Below the pieces are notes generated by a model that saw only the letters and a program-made list of their open reading frames with translations, did no database searches and was not told where the DNA came from. Positions 22,397-31,134 of a stretch of DNA of 64,000 bases are shown piece after piece. A program made the translations under genes and the position numbers. Position 1 is the first letter of the stretch, and the number at the start of each line of letters is the position of its first letter. The stretch comes from Minisyncoccia bacterium (GTDB taxonomy: Bacteria; Patescibacteriota; Minisyncoccia; Phycocordibacterales; PALSA-1337), in assembly GCA_049997795.1 (NCBI GenBank), contig JBEKVT010000002.1:129664-193663 (forward strand), given 5' to 3'.

Positions 22397-22515
22397 GAGC
22401 AGGTTTTGAGCCATATAACGGCAGACACCGGAACCTGGAACGAGAGAACTCATAACAGGGCCTGTGTTGATAAGCTCATGATGATTTGCTTTCGTAAAAG
22501 GGTTACAATATAGCC

Positions 22516-22845
22516 GTGACTCACGAAGAGAACGTTAAGAGCGCCAGAGCTTTGTGGTCGGTCCTCGCCGCGACCGCTTTGATCGGGGTGGCGTATTACA
22601 TCTCTGTCGCCTGGGGCAGCGAAAACTGGGCCATGACCAATTCCCTGTCGCCAGCGGAGGCACAGAGGATCATGGAATCCCTGAAGACGAACCGGGCCAG
22701 CGCCGATCAGAACCCGACCTTGACGCCGGAACAGCAAAAAGCGCTCAACGCTCTGAAAGAGCCCGCTTCAAAGGCCTCGCAACCTTCGCAGAACGAAGCG
22801 CCGGAGGTGAACACCGCCCTGCTCGACGCCTTGAAGGCCCATTAA
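22516..22845 (+). CDS. Membrane-anchored hypothetical protein
   Basis: N-terminal TM, Ala/Gln/Pro-rich tail. Confidence 0.4.
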   Translation: MTHEENVKSARALWSVLAATALIGVAYYISVAWGSENWAMTNSLSPAEAQRIMESLKTNRASADQNPTLTPEQQKALNALKEPASKASQPSQNEAPEVNTALLDALKAH

Positions 22846-22881
22846 TAGATCTGCAACGCTTAACAAAATAACTTTACAAAC

Positions 22882-24927
22882 ATGCGCCGCCACATGATCA
22901 TCGCCTCAGTCGCCGCCGGAGCCCTCATCGTCGGTCCTCTTCTCGTCCTGGCCGACTGGACCGCCGCCCCGGCCAGCCCGCCTTCCAGCAACGCCAGCGC
23001 TCCTTTGAACGTGAGCAGCACGGACCAGGCCAAGGCTGGCGGCCTTCAAGTGGCTTCTTTCATTTCCACTGGCGGCGCGGAAATAGGGAGCGTATCAGGA
23101 CTCTTGGGCGTCGGTATCAGTCCGAGCTACAAGCTCGACGTCTTGGGCGACATCAACTACACCGGCACCTTCTACCATAACGGCACAGCAGTCTCCTTCG
23201 GCGGCAGCCAGTGGACGACTACGGGTTCTGACATCTATTACAATACCGGCAAGGTTGGCATCGGAACGACGGGGCCAACTTATCCACTTGATGTTCAATC
23301 AAGTACAGGAAATGCCGTGATCAGGGCAAAAAGTACCGCTACCGCTGGCCAATCTTTTATTTTGATAGACCGGGCCACTATTTCTTCGGGAAATGCGGCA
23401 TCGGTTGGTTGGTTGACAAATGGTACATATGATTGGGGGCTTGGAACCTCACAGGGGTCTGCTGGTTCGAGCGACTGGAGCCTCTATAATTATGGGACTT
23501 CAGGCAACGCCATCACTGTTCTAAAGTCGAACAGCAACGTCGGCATCGGAACGGTGAGCCCAGGGTATAAACTGGAAGTCAACGGCAACACGAAGATCGA
23601 TACTGATTTGTATTTATTTAATACGGTATTAAATCCTGCCTCGGGATTTTCAAACCAGAGGGGGGCAGGCTTTAATTCTGCTACCGGAGCATTCGAAGTT
23701 GCAGCGAATAACGTTTCTCCTCTAACGGTAGGCAGATTTGGTGGTACTGGTTCGTTGATTAATTTCAGATACGCAGGCACGAGTATGGGAGATATTTCAA
23801 CTGACGGCACAAATTTGTCTATTATGCCTACCGGCTATGTCGGCATCGGGACGGTGAGCCCGGGGTATAAACTGGAAGTTTATGGGGGTGGTGTGAAAAT
23901 AAACGGCGGTGATCTTTACATTGCTAACACTGCCGCCCAAACAGCCACACAGCTCATCAGCTACAGTAACGCAAACAGTCTCTGGTTGATCCAGCCGACC
24001 ACGCAAAACCTTGTTCTCGCCGATAGCTTAAGTTGGGACCGCAGTATGTCTATTCAATACACTGCCGGCACAACAGGAGCAGGTGCCGGACAGTTGATCA
24101 TCGGGCAAATCAGTAAAAACGCCGGTACTTACACTCATGGGATCACATCTCTGTACACTAATGGTCTGGAAAGAATGAGGATCGATGCTAGCGGCCTTGT
24201 TGACATTGGGATGACCGGAGGAGATCAGAAACTAAACGTTAACGGTCAAATACACGTTTATAATGGCTCAAGCGTGAGCGCTGGCTACGTCTACAGCGAC
24301 AGCTCCGGCTTTGGTTTGTTGAACAATAATGGGAGCTGGATTTCCCGTACTCCGCTTGGCTCAACGGATACTTACTTCAGCACTACCGTCAGCATCAACT
24401 CGAGCAACCCGCTCTACTTCAACACCTACGGCGGCGGCTGGTACATGGTTGACAGCACTTATATAAGAGCGTACAACGATAAATATGTCTATACGGGTGG
24501 CATGATAGAGTCGGGTTCCAGCATGTATTCTCCGATCTACTACGACCTCAACAACAGCGGCTACTATCTCGATCCCGCCAGCACATCCAACCTCAATATC
24601 GTATACGCCCAGGTCTACTACTATTCGGACGCCAATCTGAAAAAGAACGTGGAGTCGCTGTCTTCGGCCGATTCGCTCAAAAAGATCATGGCCCTCGATC
24701 CGGTGACATTCGAATGGAAAGACTCGTCTCGCGGTACGGGTACGAACCTCGGCCTCATAGCCCAGGACGTGGAAAAGGTCCTGCCCGAGGCGGTCCACAC
24801 CGGAAAGGACGGAAAGGCTATAGACCTCGAAGGCTTGTCGGCGTCCATCATATCCGCCATGCAAGAGCAGCAGAAAGAGATAGACGCCCTGACGGCGAGA
24901 GTTAAGGCGCTCGAGGCCAGGCAATAA
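22882..24927 (+). CDS. Large secreted tail-fibre-like protein with a C-terminal intramolecular-chaperone (peptidase S74, endosialidase-chaperone) domain
   Basis: Signal peptide. Repeated 'VGIGT(T/V)SPGYKLEV' modules, with 50-bp near-identical DNA repeats at 23538 and 23838. The C-terminus reads 'LDPVTFEWKDS...GLIAQDVEKVLPEAV...IDLEGLSASIISAMQEQQKEIDAL...LEARQ'. Confidence 0.7.
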   Translation: MRRHMIIASVAAGALIVGPLLVLADWTAAPASPPSSNASAPLNVSSTDQAKAGGLQVASFISTGGAEIGSVSGLLGVGISPSYKLDVLGDINYTGTFYHNGTAVSFGGSQWTTTGSDIYYNTGKVGIGTTGPTYPLDVQSSTGNAVIRAKSTATAGQSFILIDRATISSGNAASVGWLTNGTYDWGLGTSQGSAGSSDWSLYNYGTSGNAITVLKSNSNVGIGTVSPGYKLEVNGNTKIDTDLYLFNTVLNPASGFSNQRGAGFNSATGAFEVAANNVSPLTVGRFGGTGSLINFRYAGTSMGDISTDGTNLSIMPTGYVGIGTVSPGYKLEVYGGGVKINGGDLYIANTAAQTATQLISYSNANSLWLIQPTTQNLVLADSLSWDRSMSIQYTAGTTGAGAGQLIIGQISKNAGTYTHGITSLYTNGLERMRIDASGLVDIGMTGGDQKLNVNGQIHVYNGSSVSAGYVYSDSSGFGLLNNNGSWISRTPLGSTDTYFSTTVSINSSNPLYFNTYGGGWYMVDSTYIRAYNDKYVYTGGMIESGSSMYSPIYYDLNNSGYYLDPASTSNLNIVYAQVYYYSDANLKKNVESLSSADSLKKIMALDPVTFEWKDSSRGTGTNLGLIAQDVEKVLPEAVHTGKDGKAIDLEGLSASIISAMQEQQKEIDALTARVKALEARQ

Positions 24928-24948
24928 AAGGGACAAGGAATAAGGAAG

Positions 24949-25914
24949 ATGAAAGACTTCTTCAAAAAACCGCTTTCCGAGACCGCTCTTATCGTCATCG
25001 CTCTTGTCGCAGGCGCCGGCATCGTCTATGCCGCCGCCAACAGCTTCAGCGCCCCGGGAAGCGGCGCCCAGACTTCGATCACCACGAACTTCGGCTGCCA
25101 GAAGGTAACGAACAACACCGGCTCCACCCTCTTCGTGCCAGCCAACACGTCGGCCGAGTGGAATTCCTTCTTGAACCATCTCCCCTCCGGGGTGACCATC
25201 TCTGCCTGCTGCGCCGGCAATTACGGCCAGACGTGCTACTCGGCTTACAACGACTGCGGCCAGAGGAATTCCAGCACTTATGACTGTTCCGGAAACTGCC
25301 CGGCCACCACTCCCGCCGATCCCTCATACTACGGCCAGACGTGCTACTCTAGCTATAACGACTGCAGTCAGAGGAACTCCGGAACGTATAACTGCAGCGA
25401 TGTCTGTTCGGCTTCGACGCCAGCCGATCCAAGTTACTACAACACCAGCTGTTCAGTGACATCGCCACAGAACTCTTGCGGCCAGACTCAGCAATGTGGA
25501 GGTACCTATAATTGTGCTGATACATGCGTCACTGGGACTTGCAATGCTCCTTCCAATAGCGGCTGTCCGATATACGGCTGCACTGACTCGAATGCCTTCA
25601 ACTACAACTCGGGCGCCAATACCAACGACGGCTCGTGCCATTACAACGGCTGCTACACGGTCTACTACGATCTGTATACATTCGGGTACTATGGAGGCGA
25701 TGCTATAGACATCTGTCGCGATAACGTGTATGGCCCGGACAGCTCCGGTCAGTGGCTTGGAACTTGCTCTGGCATCTCGACATGTACGAATGATGCGGCC
25801 TCATACAGTAATAATCTCAGTCTCCCCCACTATAACCAATGTGATGACTGGTCAACAAACCAAAGCGGTGTTGGCATTATCACTTCAGTCGACACTCCGT
25901 ATTCCTGCAATTAG
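24949..25914 (+). CDS. Secreted Cys-rich protein with internal tandem repeats
   Basis: N-terminal TM/signal. About 120-bp tandem DNA repeats encode 'YYGQTCYS.YNDC.QRNS.TY.CS..C.A.TPADPSYY'. There are more than 30 Cys. Confidence 0.55.
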   Translation: MKDFFKKPLSETALIVIALVAGAGIVYAAANSFSAPGSGAQTSITTNFGCQKVTNNTGSTLFVPANTSAEWNSFLNHLPSGVTISACCAGNYGQTCYSAYNDCGQRNSSTYDCSGNCPATTPADPSYYGQTCYSSYNDCSQRNSGTYNCSDVCSASTPADPSYYNTSCSVTSPQNSCGQTQQCGGTYNCADTCVTGTCNAPSNSGCPIYGCTDSNAFNYNSGANTNDGSCHYNGCYTVYYDLYTFGYYGGDAIDICRDNVYGPDSSGQWLGTCSGISTCTNDAASYSNNLSLPHYNQCDDWSTNQSGVGIITSVDTPYSCN

Positions 25915-25944
25915 CGCGACCCCTAAGCTAATCCTCATCCAAAA

Positions 25945-26427
25945 ATGAACAAGATCGTAAAATATGTGGTCGGGATCGTCGCGGTAGCCATAATAATAGC
26001 CGTGCTCGTGCTCGGTTATCTCACGTATCAAGGACAGGCTCCGACAGCGGTCGCGCCAAAGGGAGCGCCTGTCTCCACGCCGGTAAACCCCGCTGCCCTG
26101 CTCCGTACGCCCAACGCCTCGTCGACCCAACAGGAACGCGGCTCGTATTTCGACCTTGTGACGAAGAACGCCGTGGAGACTGGCTCTATCGACATAACCT
26201 CTTGTTCGCCGAACCCCGTGGCTTCCTCGGTCAAAAAAGGCGCCGACCTGACCTTCGTCAATAAAGACAGCATGTCTCACACCGTCGCGTTCAACCCGGC
26301 TCAGTCTTTCACCGTCGGCACCACTTCCTCGAAGACGGTGAAGGCGGACTTCGGGAAGTTCTTGGGTATATATCCTTTCAGTTGCGACGGGTCTAGGAAC
26401 CCTGTGGGCATCGTCGTCTTGAAGTGA
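25945..26427 (+). CDS. Membrane-anchored hypothetical protein, possibly a cupredoxin-like beta-sandwich
   Basis: N-terminal TM. 'SMSHTVAFNP...FSCDGSRNPVG' is weakly plastocyanin-like. No confident assignment. Confidence 0.45.
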   Translation: MNKIVKYVVGIVAVAIIIAVLVLGYLTYQGQAPTAVAPKGAPVSTPVNPAALLRTPNASSTQQERGSYFDLVTKNAVETGSIDITSCSPNPVASSVKKGADLTFVNKDSMSHTVAFNPAQSFTVGTTSSKTVKADFGKFLGIYPFSCDGSRNPVGIVVLK

Positions 26428-26455
26428 GCGGCCCCTTATGAGATAACGGACATCA

Positions 26456-26485
26456 AAACCTCCCCGTTGCGGGGAGGTTTTTGTT
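26456..26485 (+). terminator. Rho-independent terminator
   Basis: 'AACCTCCCCGttgCGGGGAGGTT' followed by TTTTGTTG. Confidence 0.7.
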
Positions 26486-26522
26486 GTATAATGCCTCCGG
26501 AAAGCCCAGCTTTCGATCGGCC

Positions 26523-26611
26523 GCCCGGGTGGCGAAATTGGTCATACGCGCAAGACTTAAAATCTTGTTTCCGTTCATTCGGAAGTGTGAGTTCGACTCT
26601 CACCCCGGGCA
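26523..26611 (+). tRNA. tRNA-Leu (anticodon TAA), class II with a long variable arm
   Basis: Acceptor GCCCGGG/CCCGGGC. Anticodon stem CAAGA/TCTTG with loop CTTAAAA. Variable-arm hairpin TCCG..CGGA. T-arm GTGAG-TTCGACT-CTCAC. Confidence 0.75.
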
Positions 26612-26635
26612 CTGCGTGAGAAGGAGAAGGGATCG

Positions 26636-26753
26636 AAGAAGTAACAGGAATAGGGTTTGAAGGACCTTGCGCGCGCGACTGGCGCGCGCATCGAGGGATT
26701 TTCCAGCAGGAAAATCCCGTGTCCGGAAAACCCTATTCCTGTTACTTCTTTAT
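26636..26753. repeat. Nested inverted-repeat element with 24-bp perfect outer arms enclosing two to three internal hairpins
   Basis: Outer arm 'GAAGAAGTAACAGGAATAGGGTTT' and its exact reverse complement. The inner hairpin 'GGGATTTTCC agca GGAAAATCCC' is perfect. The GC palindrome 'TGCGCGCGCGactggCGCGCGCA' is imperfect: one arm is 10 bp and the other only 8 bp. The distal arm overlaps the 3' end of rnhB. Confidence 0.5.
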
Positions 26754-27350
26754 CTTTACTCTCTTGAGGAAACTCCGGCGATGCTCCGGCGTCAGGCCGT
26801 GCTTCCGGATGGCACGATAATGAGCCTTGGTGCCGTAGCCTTTGTGCACCTCGAAGCCGTGATGCGGATATTTCCTCGCCAATCTCTTCATGCGCCGGTC
26901 GCGCAGGACCTTGGCGCAGATCGAGGCTAGGGCGATGACCCGCTCCTTCGAGTCGCCGTCTATGATGGTCGTCTGGTCCGTATAGCGCCCGGAGGCGTAG
27001 AGCAAACCGTCAAGGAGGATCTTCGAGTCCGGCGAGACGGCGAAGCGGCGTTCGAGCTTCTTCAAGGCGCGATTCAGAGCTGAATATATGGCTGGCGAAA
27101 GGCCCTTCCCGTCGATGGTCTCGGCCCGGCTGAATGAGACAGCGTATAGCGCTTCCCCGTCCTCCATGCGGCTTCTTATCGCCCTGAACCACTCTTCCCT
27201 TTGCTTCTCGGAGAGCTTTTTCGAGTCCTTGACGCCGCGGAATCTCGTGAGGGCCGCTTTCGACCGGACGGCGAAAGCGCCCACCGCCACCGGACCAGCC
27301 AAAGGCCCTCGTCCTGCTTCGTCGACGCCGATTAGATGCTTCCTCGCCAT
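26742..27350 (-). CDS. rnhB: Ribonuclease HII
   Basis: 'LIGVDEAGRGPLAGPV' catalytic N-terminus. Confidence 0.9.
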   Translation of the reverse strand: MARKHLIGVDEAGRGPLAGPVAVGAFAVRSKAALTRFRGVKDSKKLSEKQREEWFRAIRSRMEDGEALYAVSFSRAETIDGKGLSPAIYSALNRALKKLERRFAVSPDSKILLDGLLYASGRYTDQTTIIDGDSKERVIALASICAKVLRDRRMKRLARKYPHHGFEVHKGYGTKAHYRAIRKHGLTPEHRRSFLKRVKIKK

Positions 27351-27396
27351 ACGGTCAATTCTACCACTGATTATCTGTTATACTAATCCTACCGCC

Positions 27397-30300
27397 ATGC
27401 CTGCCCGCTTCGTCCACCTCCATACCCATTCCCACTATTCCCTGCTCGCCGCCCTGCCCAAGATAGACGAATTGGTGGCCGAGGCCAAGATCCGCGGCAT
27501 GGACGCCTTGGCGCTCACCGACAACGGCAATATGTACGGCGCCATCGAGTTCTACATGGCCTGCAAGAAGAAGGAGGTCAAGCCGATCCTCGGCGTGGAT
27601 TTCTACGTGGCCGCGCGGGGGCGCAAGGACATGCAGGCAGGTATAGATAATCGACGTGCGCGGCTGGTTTTGCTCGCCATGAACGAGACCGGCTATAAGA
27701 ATCTGTTGAAGCTCGTCACGGCCTCGCATCTCGAGGGCTTCTACTACAAGCCGCGCATAGACCATGAATTGCTTGGACAGATGAATGGAGGTTTGATCGC
27801 CGTCATCCCGTCCTTCTCCGGCGAGATCGCCCAGGCCCTGAAGGGCCGCAACCAGGACAAGGCCGCAGAGACCGCCGATTTCTACAAGAAGGCGTTCGGC
27901 GACCGCCTGTATCTCGAGATAACGAAACATCCCGAGATAGACGGACACGAGCAATCCATGAAAGCTCTCGCCGACTTCGGCAGGAAGCACGGCATCCCGC
28001 CGATGGCCGCTCACGACGTCTATTATCTCCACCCGGAAGACCGCCAAGCCAGGGAAACGCTCCTGCGCGTCAACTCCCATACCGACCCTTCCGACCGGGT
28101 CACGGACGGAGACGAGGATGATTTCTCTTTCATCCCGGCCGAAAAGGCTGAGGAATCATTCAGGGACTTGCCCGAAGCTCTCGACAATACCAGGAAGATA
28201 GCCGACGCTTGTAATCTGGAGCTCATCCTCGGCAAATGGGTCTTTCCGGACTATGTCGCGAAAAACGGCCTGTCGCACGACGCCGAATTGAGGCGCCTCG
28301 TCGAAGATGGCTACGCCAAGAAGGGCCTCGAGAAGACCAAGACGATGGCCGCTCGGGCCGACTATGAGCTAGAGATCATCAAGAACAAGGGTTATGCCCC
28401 GTATTTCCTGGTGGTCGCTGACCTCCTCGGCCACGCCCACGACAAAGGCATCATCACCACAACTAGAGGCTCGGCTGCCGGCTCGTTCGTCTCGTATTTG
28501 ACCGGCATCACCAACGTCGACCCGATCGCCTTCAACCTGCCCTTCGAAAGATTCCTGAATCCGGACCGCCCTTCGCCGCCGGACATCGACATGGACATCG
28601 CCGACAACCGCCGCGACGAGATGATCGGCTACGTCAAGGAAAAGTACGGCGCCGACCGCGTGGCCCAGATCGGCACTTTCGGCACCATGCTCGCCCGCGG
28701 CGCGGTCCGCGACGTGGCCAGGGCCATGGGCTTCCCGTTCGACCGGGGCGACAGGATATCCAAGCTCATCCCTCTCGGCTCACAAGGCTTCCCCATGACC
28801 ATAGACCACGCCATGGAGATGGTGCCGGAGATCCGCGCGATGTACGAGAAAGAGGCGGACACGCGCCGCATCATAGACATGGCGAAGAAGATCGAGGGCT
28901 GCGCCAGGCACATCTCGGTCCATGCCGCCGGGGTGGTCATCGCCCCGGAGCCCCTGGTCGGATTCACGCCGCTCCAGCTCGACCCGAAAGGCGAAGACAA
29001 GATCATCACTCAGTACGACATGTACGCCATCGAGGAGGCCGGCCTTCTGAAGCTCGACTTCCTCGGCATCAGGAACCTCGCCATCCTGGCCGACGCCGTG
29101 GAGCGCTTGAAAAAGATCGAGAACATCGACATCGACATCGAGAACATCCCGCTCGACGACAAGAAGACCTTCGAGATGCTCGCCCGCGGCGAGACCATCG
29201 GCCTTTTCCAGCTGAACGGCTCCGGCATGACGCGCTTTTTGGTCGAGCTCAAACCGACCGTCATCCACGACATCAACCTGATGATCGCCCTCTACCGTCC
29301 GGGCCCGATGGACAACATCAACGAGTACATCTTGCGCAAGAACGGCAAGAAGCCGGTAGTCTATCCTCATCCGGCCATGAAGAAATTCCTGGAGACGAAT
29401 TACGGCGTGATGGTCTATCAGGACGATCTTCTGATGACCGCCGTCGAGGTGGCCGGCTATTCATGGAGCGAGGTGGACAAGTTCCGCAAGGCGGTCGGCA
29501 AGAAGATCCCGGAGGAGATGGCCAAACAGCACAAGACCTTCGTCGAGGGGGCCATGAAGCACGGCGGCCTTTCCGAGAAGAAGGCCGAGGGCATCTGGAA
29601 GCTCTTCGAGCCGTTCCAGGGCTACGGCTTCAACAAGGCCCACGCCGCCTCTTACGGCAAGGTGGCTTACCAGACGGCTTATCTCAAGGCCAATTACCCG
29701 GAGATCTACATGTCGGCTGTCTTATCGGCGGAATCGGGCGATATCGAGACGATCGGCGAGATCGTCACGGAGTGCCGGCGGATGGGCATCCCGGTCCTGC
29801 CGCCTGACGTGAACGAGAGCTACAGCCAATTCACGGTGGTCAAGGAGAGTGCGGGTAAGGAACCGGGCGGTCTTCAGGACACGCAGTCGTCCCCGCCGCT
29901 TCCGCATTATCACCGCATCCGCTTCGGCATGGTGACCATCAAGAATTTCGGCCAAGGCGTCTCGACGGCCATCATCGAGGAACGCAAAAGAGGCGGCAGA
30001 TACAAGTCTCTTGCCGACTTCCTCGGCCGGGTCAAGGACCGTAACCTCAACAGGAAGTCGCTCGAGTCGCTCATCAGGGCCGGCGCCTTGGATTGTTTCG
30101 GCGAGGACCGGGGAGTGATGCTCGCCAACATAGACCGGCTCCTCGAATACAACAAGGAAGGCGGCAAACGGCACAGCGAGCAGGATTCCTTGTTCGGCGG
30201 CATGAGCGACGCCTCGAGCGTGCCAGGCTTGCGCCTCGACCCGGCGCCCAAGGCCGAACTCAAGGAGATGCTGGCCTGGGAGAAGGAGCTCCTCGGCCTT

Positions 30301-30636
30301 TACGTCTCCGGCCACCCGCTCGAGCGCTACCGCGAGACGATCGTCAAGAAGGACATCGACATCAAGAAAGCCAAGGAGACCGCCAAGGAAGGCGCCACGG
30401 TCATCTTGGGCGTGATCGTGAACGCCGTGCGCAACGTCCAGACCAAGAACAACGAGACCATGGCCTTCGTCACCATATCCGATTTCTCCGGCACCGCCGA
30501 GGCCGTAGTCTTCCCGCGCGTCTATAAGGCGCACAAGGAGATGCTCGTGCCGGACGCCTGTTTGGCCATCAGGGCCACCGTCAACACCCGAAACGGCGAA
30601 AAGGGCTTCCTCATCGAGAAAGCCAAGCGGCTATGA
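27397..30636 (+). CDS. dnaE: DNA polymerase III alpha subunit
   Basis: The track ORF 27088..30636 was trimmed to the ATG at 27397 'MPARFVHLHTHSHYSLL' (PHP domain). Polymerase core and OB-fold follow. 1079 aa. Confidence 0.9.
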   Translation: MPARFVHLHTHSHYSLLAALPKIDELVAEAKIRGMDALALTDNGNMYGAIEFYMACKKKEVKPILGVDFYVAARGRKDMQAGIDNRRARLVLLAMNETGYKNLLKLVTASHLEGFYYKPRIDHELLGQMNGGLIAVIPSFSGEIAQALKGRNQDKAAETADFYKKAFGDRLYLEITKHPEIDGHEQSMKALADFGRKHGIPPMAAHDVYYLHPEDRQARETLLRVNSHTDPSDRVTDGDEDDFSFIPAEKAEESFRDLPEALDNTRKIADACNLELILGKWVFPDYVAKNGLSHDAELRRLVEDGYAKKGLEKTKTMAARADYELEIIKNKGYAPYFLVVADLLGHAHDKGIITTTRGSAAGSFVSYLTGITNVDPIAFNLPFERFLNPDRPSPPDIDMDIADNRRDEMIGYVKEKYGADRVAQIGTFGTMLARGAVRDVARAMGFPFDRGDRISKLIPLGSQGFPMTIDHAMEMVPEIRAMYEKEADTRRIIDMAKKIEGCARHISVHAAGVVIAPEPLVGFTPLQLDPKGEDKIITQYDMYAIEEAGLLKLDFLGIRNLAILADAVERLKKIENIDIDIENIPLDDKKTFEMLARGETIGLFQLNGSGMTRFLVELKPTVIHDINLMIALYRPGPMDNINEYILRKNGKKPVVYPHPAMKKFLETNYGVMVYQDDLLMTAVEVAGYSWSEVDKFRKAVGKKIPEEMAKQHKTFVEGAMKHGGLSEKKAEGIWKLFEPFQGYGFNKAHAASYGKVAYQTAYLKANYPEIYMSAVLSAESGDIETIGEIVTECRRMGIPVLPPDVNESYSQFTVVKESAGKEPGGLQDTQSSPPLPHYHRIRFGMVTIKNFGQGVSTAIIEERKRGGRYKSLADFLGRVKDRNLNRKSLESLIRAGALDCFGEDRGVMLANIDRLLEYNKEGGKRHSEQDSLFGGMSDASSVPGLRLDPAPKAELKEMLAWEKELLGLYVSGHPLERYRETIVKKDIDIKKAKETAKEGATVILGVIVNAVRNVQTKNNETMAFVTISDFSGTAEAVVFPRVYKAHKEMLVPDACLAIRATVNTRNGEKGFLIEKAKRL

Positions 30637-30930
30637 AGCAAGCGTCAGGATCGCGTCGAAATCGTCGTCCTCCGACGCCTTGTTCTTCTTCTCGAATCTG
30701 CATTTAACGCAACGGTGAGTGATCACATAGCCGCCATCTTTGGGCTCGGCGGCGATCGGTTCCATCATGCCTCCGCACCGCTCCAGGCGGTCGCCGGGGT
30801 TCATGTCCACGTGCTTGCTCCAAAGGCACCGCGGGCAGTGGTTGGTATAGCCGCTTCCCTTCACCTCAAAGCCGCAATGCTCGCAGGCGAAATCCTCGAC
30901 GGCGCGCTGGAATCTCTTTGTTTCGTTCAT
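30631..30930 (-). CDS. Zinc-ribbon (RNHCP-like) hypothetical protein
   Basis: Two CxxC pairs: 'CEHCG...CPRC' and 'CVKC'. Confidence 0.45.
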   Translation of the reverse strand: MNETKRFQRAVEDFACEHCGFEVKGSGYTNHCPRCLWSKHVDMNPGDRLERCGGMMEPIAAEPKDGGYVITHRCVKCRFEKKNKASEDDDFDAILTLAS

Positions 30931-30964
30931 GCTCCGGCCATGAGGACTATAGGTCTCTGGATTG

Positions 30965-31036
30965 TTGCGGGGGCCGGAGTCGAACCGGCATATTCAAGGT
31001 TATGAGCCTTGCGGGTTACCATTACCCTACCCCGCG
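30965..31036 (-). tRNA. tRNA-Met (anticodon CAT), initiator-like with a C1:A72 mismatch
   Basis: Reverse-strand fold. Acceptor CGCGGGG / CCCCGCA+A. Anticodon loop CTCATAA. T-arm GCCGG-TTCGACT-CCGGC. Confidence 0.7.
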
Positions 31037-31134
31037 GCGATTCGACGATTATGGCATAAGATGCCGCCCGGTGCAAATCGAGCCGAATAAAAAGCCGCGA
31101 CACCACGTCGCGGCTGAAGGAGGGCGGGGACGGA

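Noticed and set aside
22184-26427. Prophage, suggested by the tail-fibre S74 chaperone domain.
   Set aside because: There are no capsid, terminase, integrase or lysis genes. The neighbours are small membrane and Cys-rich secreted proteins, and the composition matches the host. It is treated as a host surface-fibre cluster.
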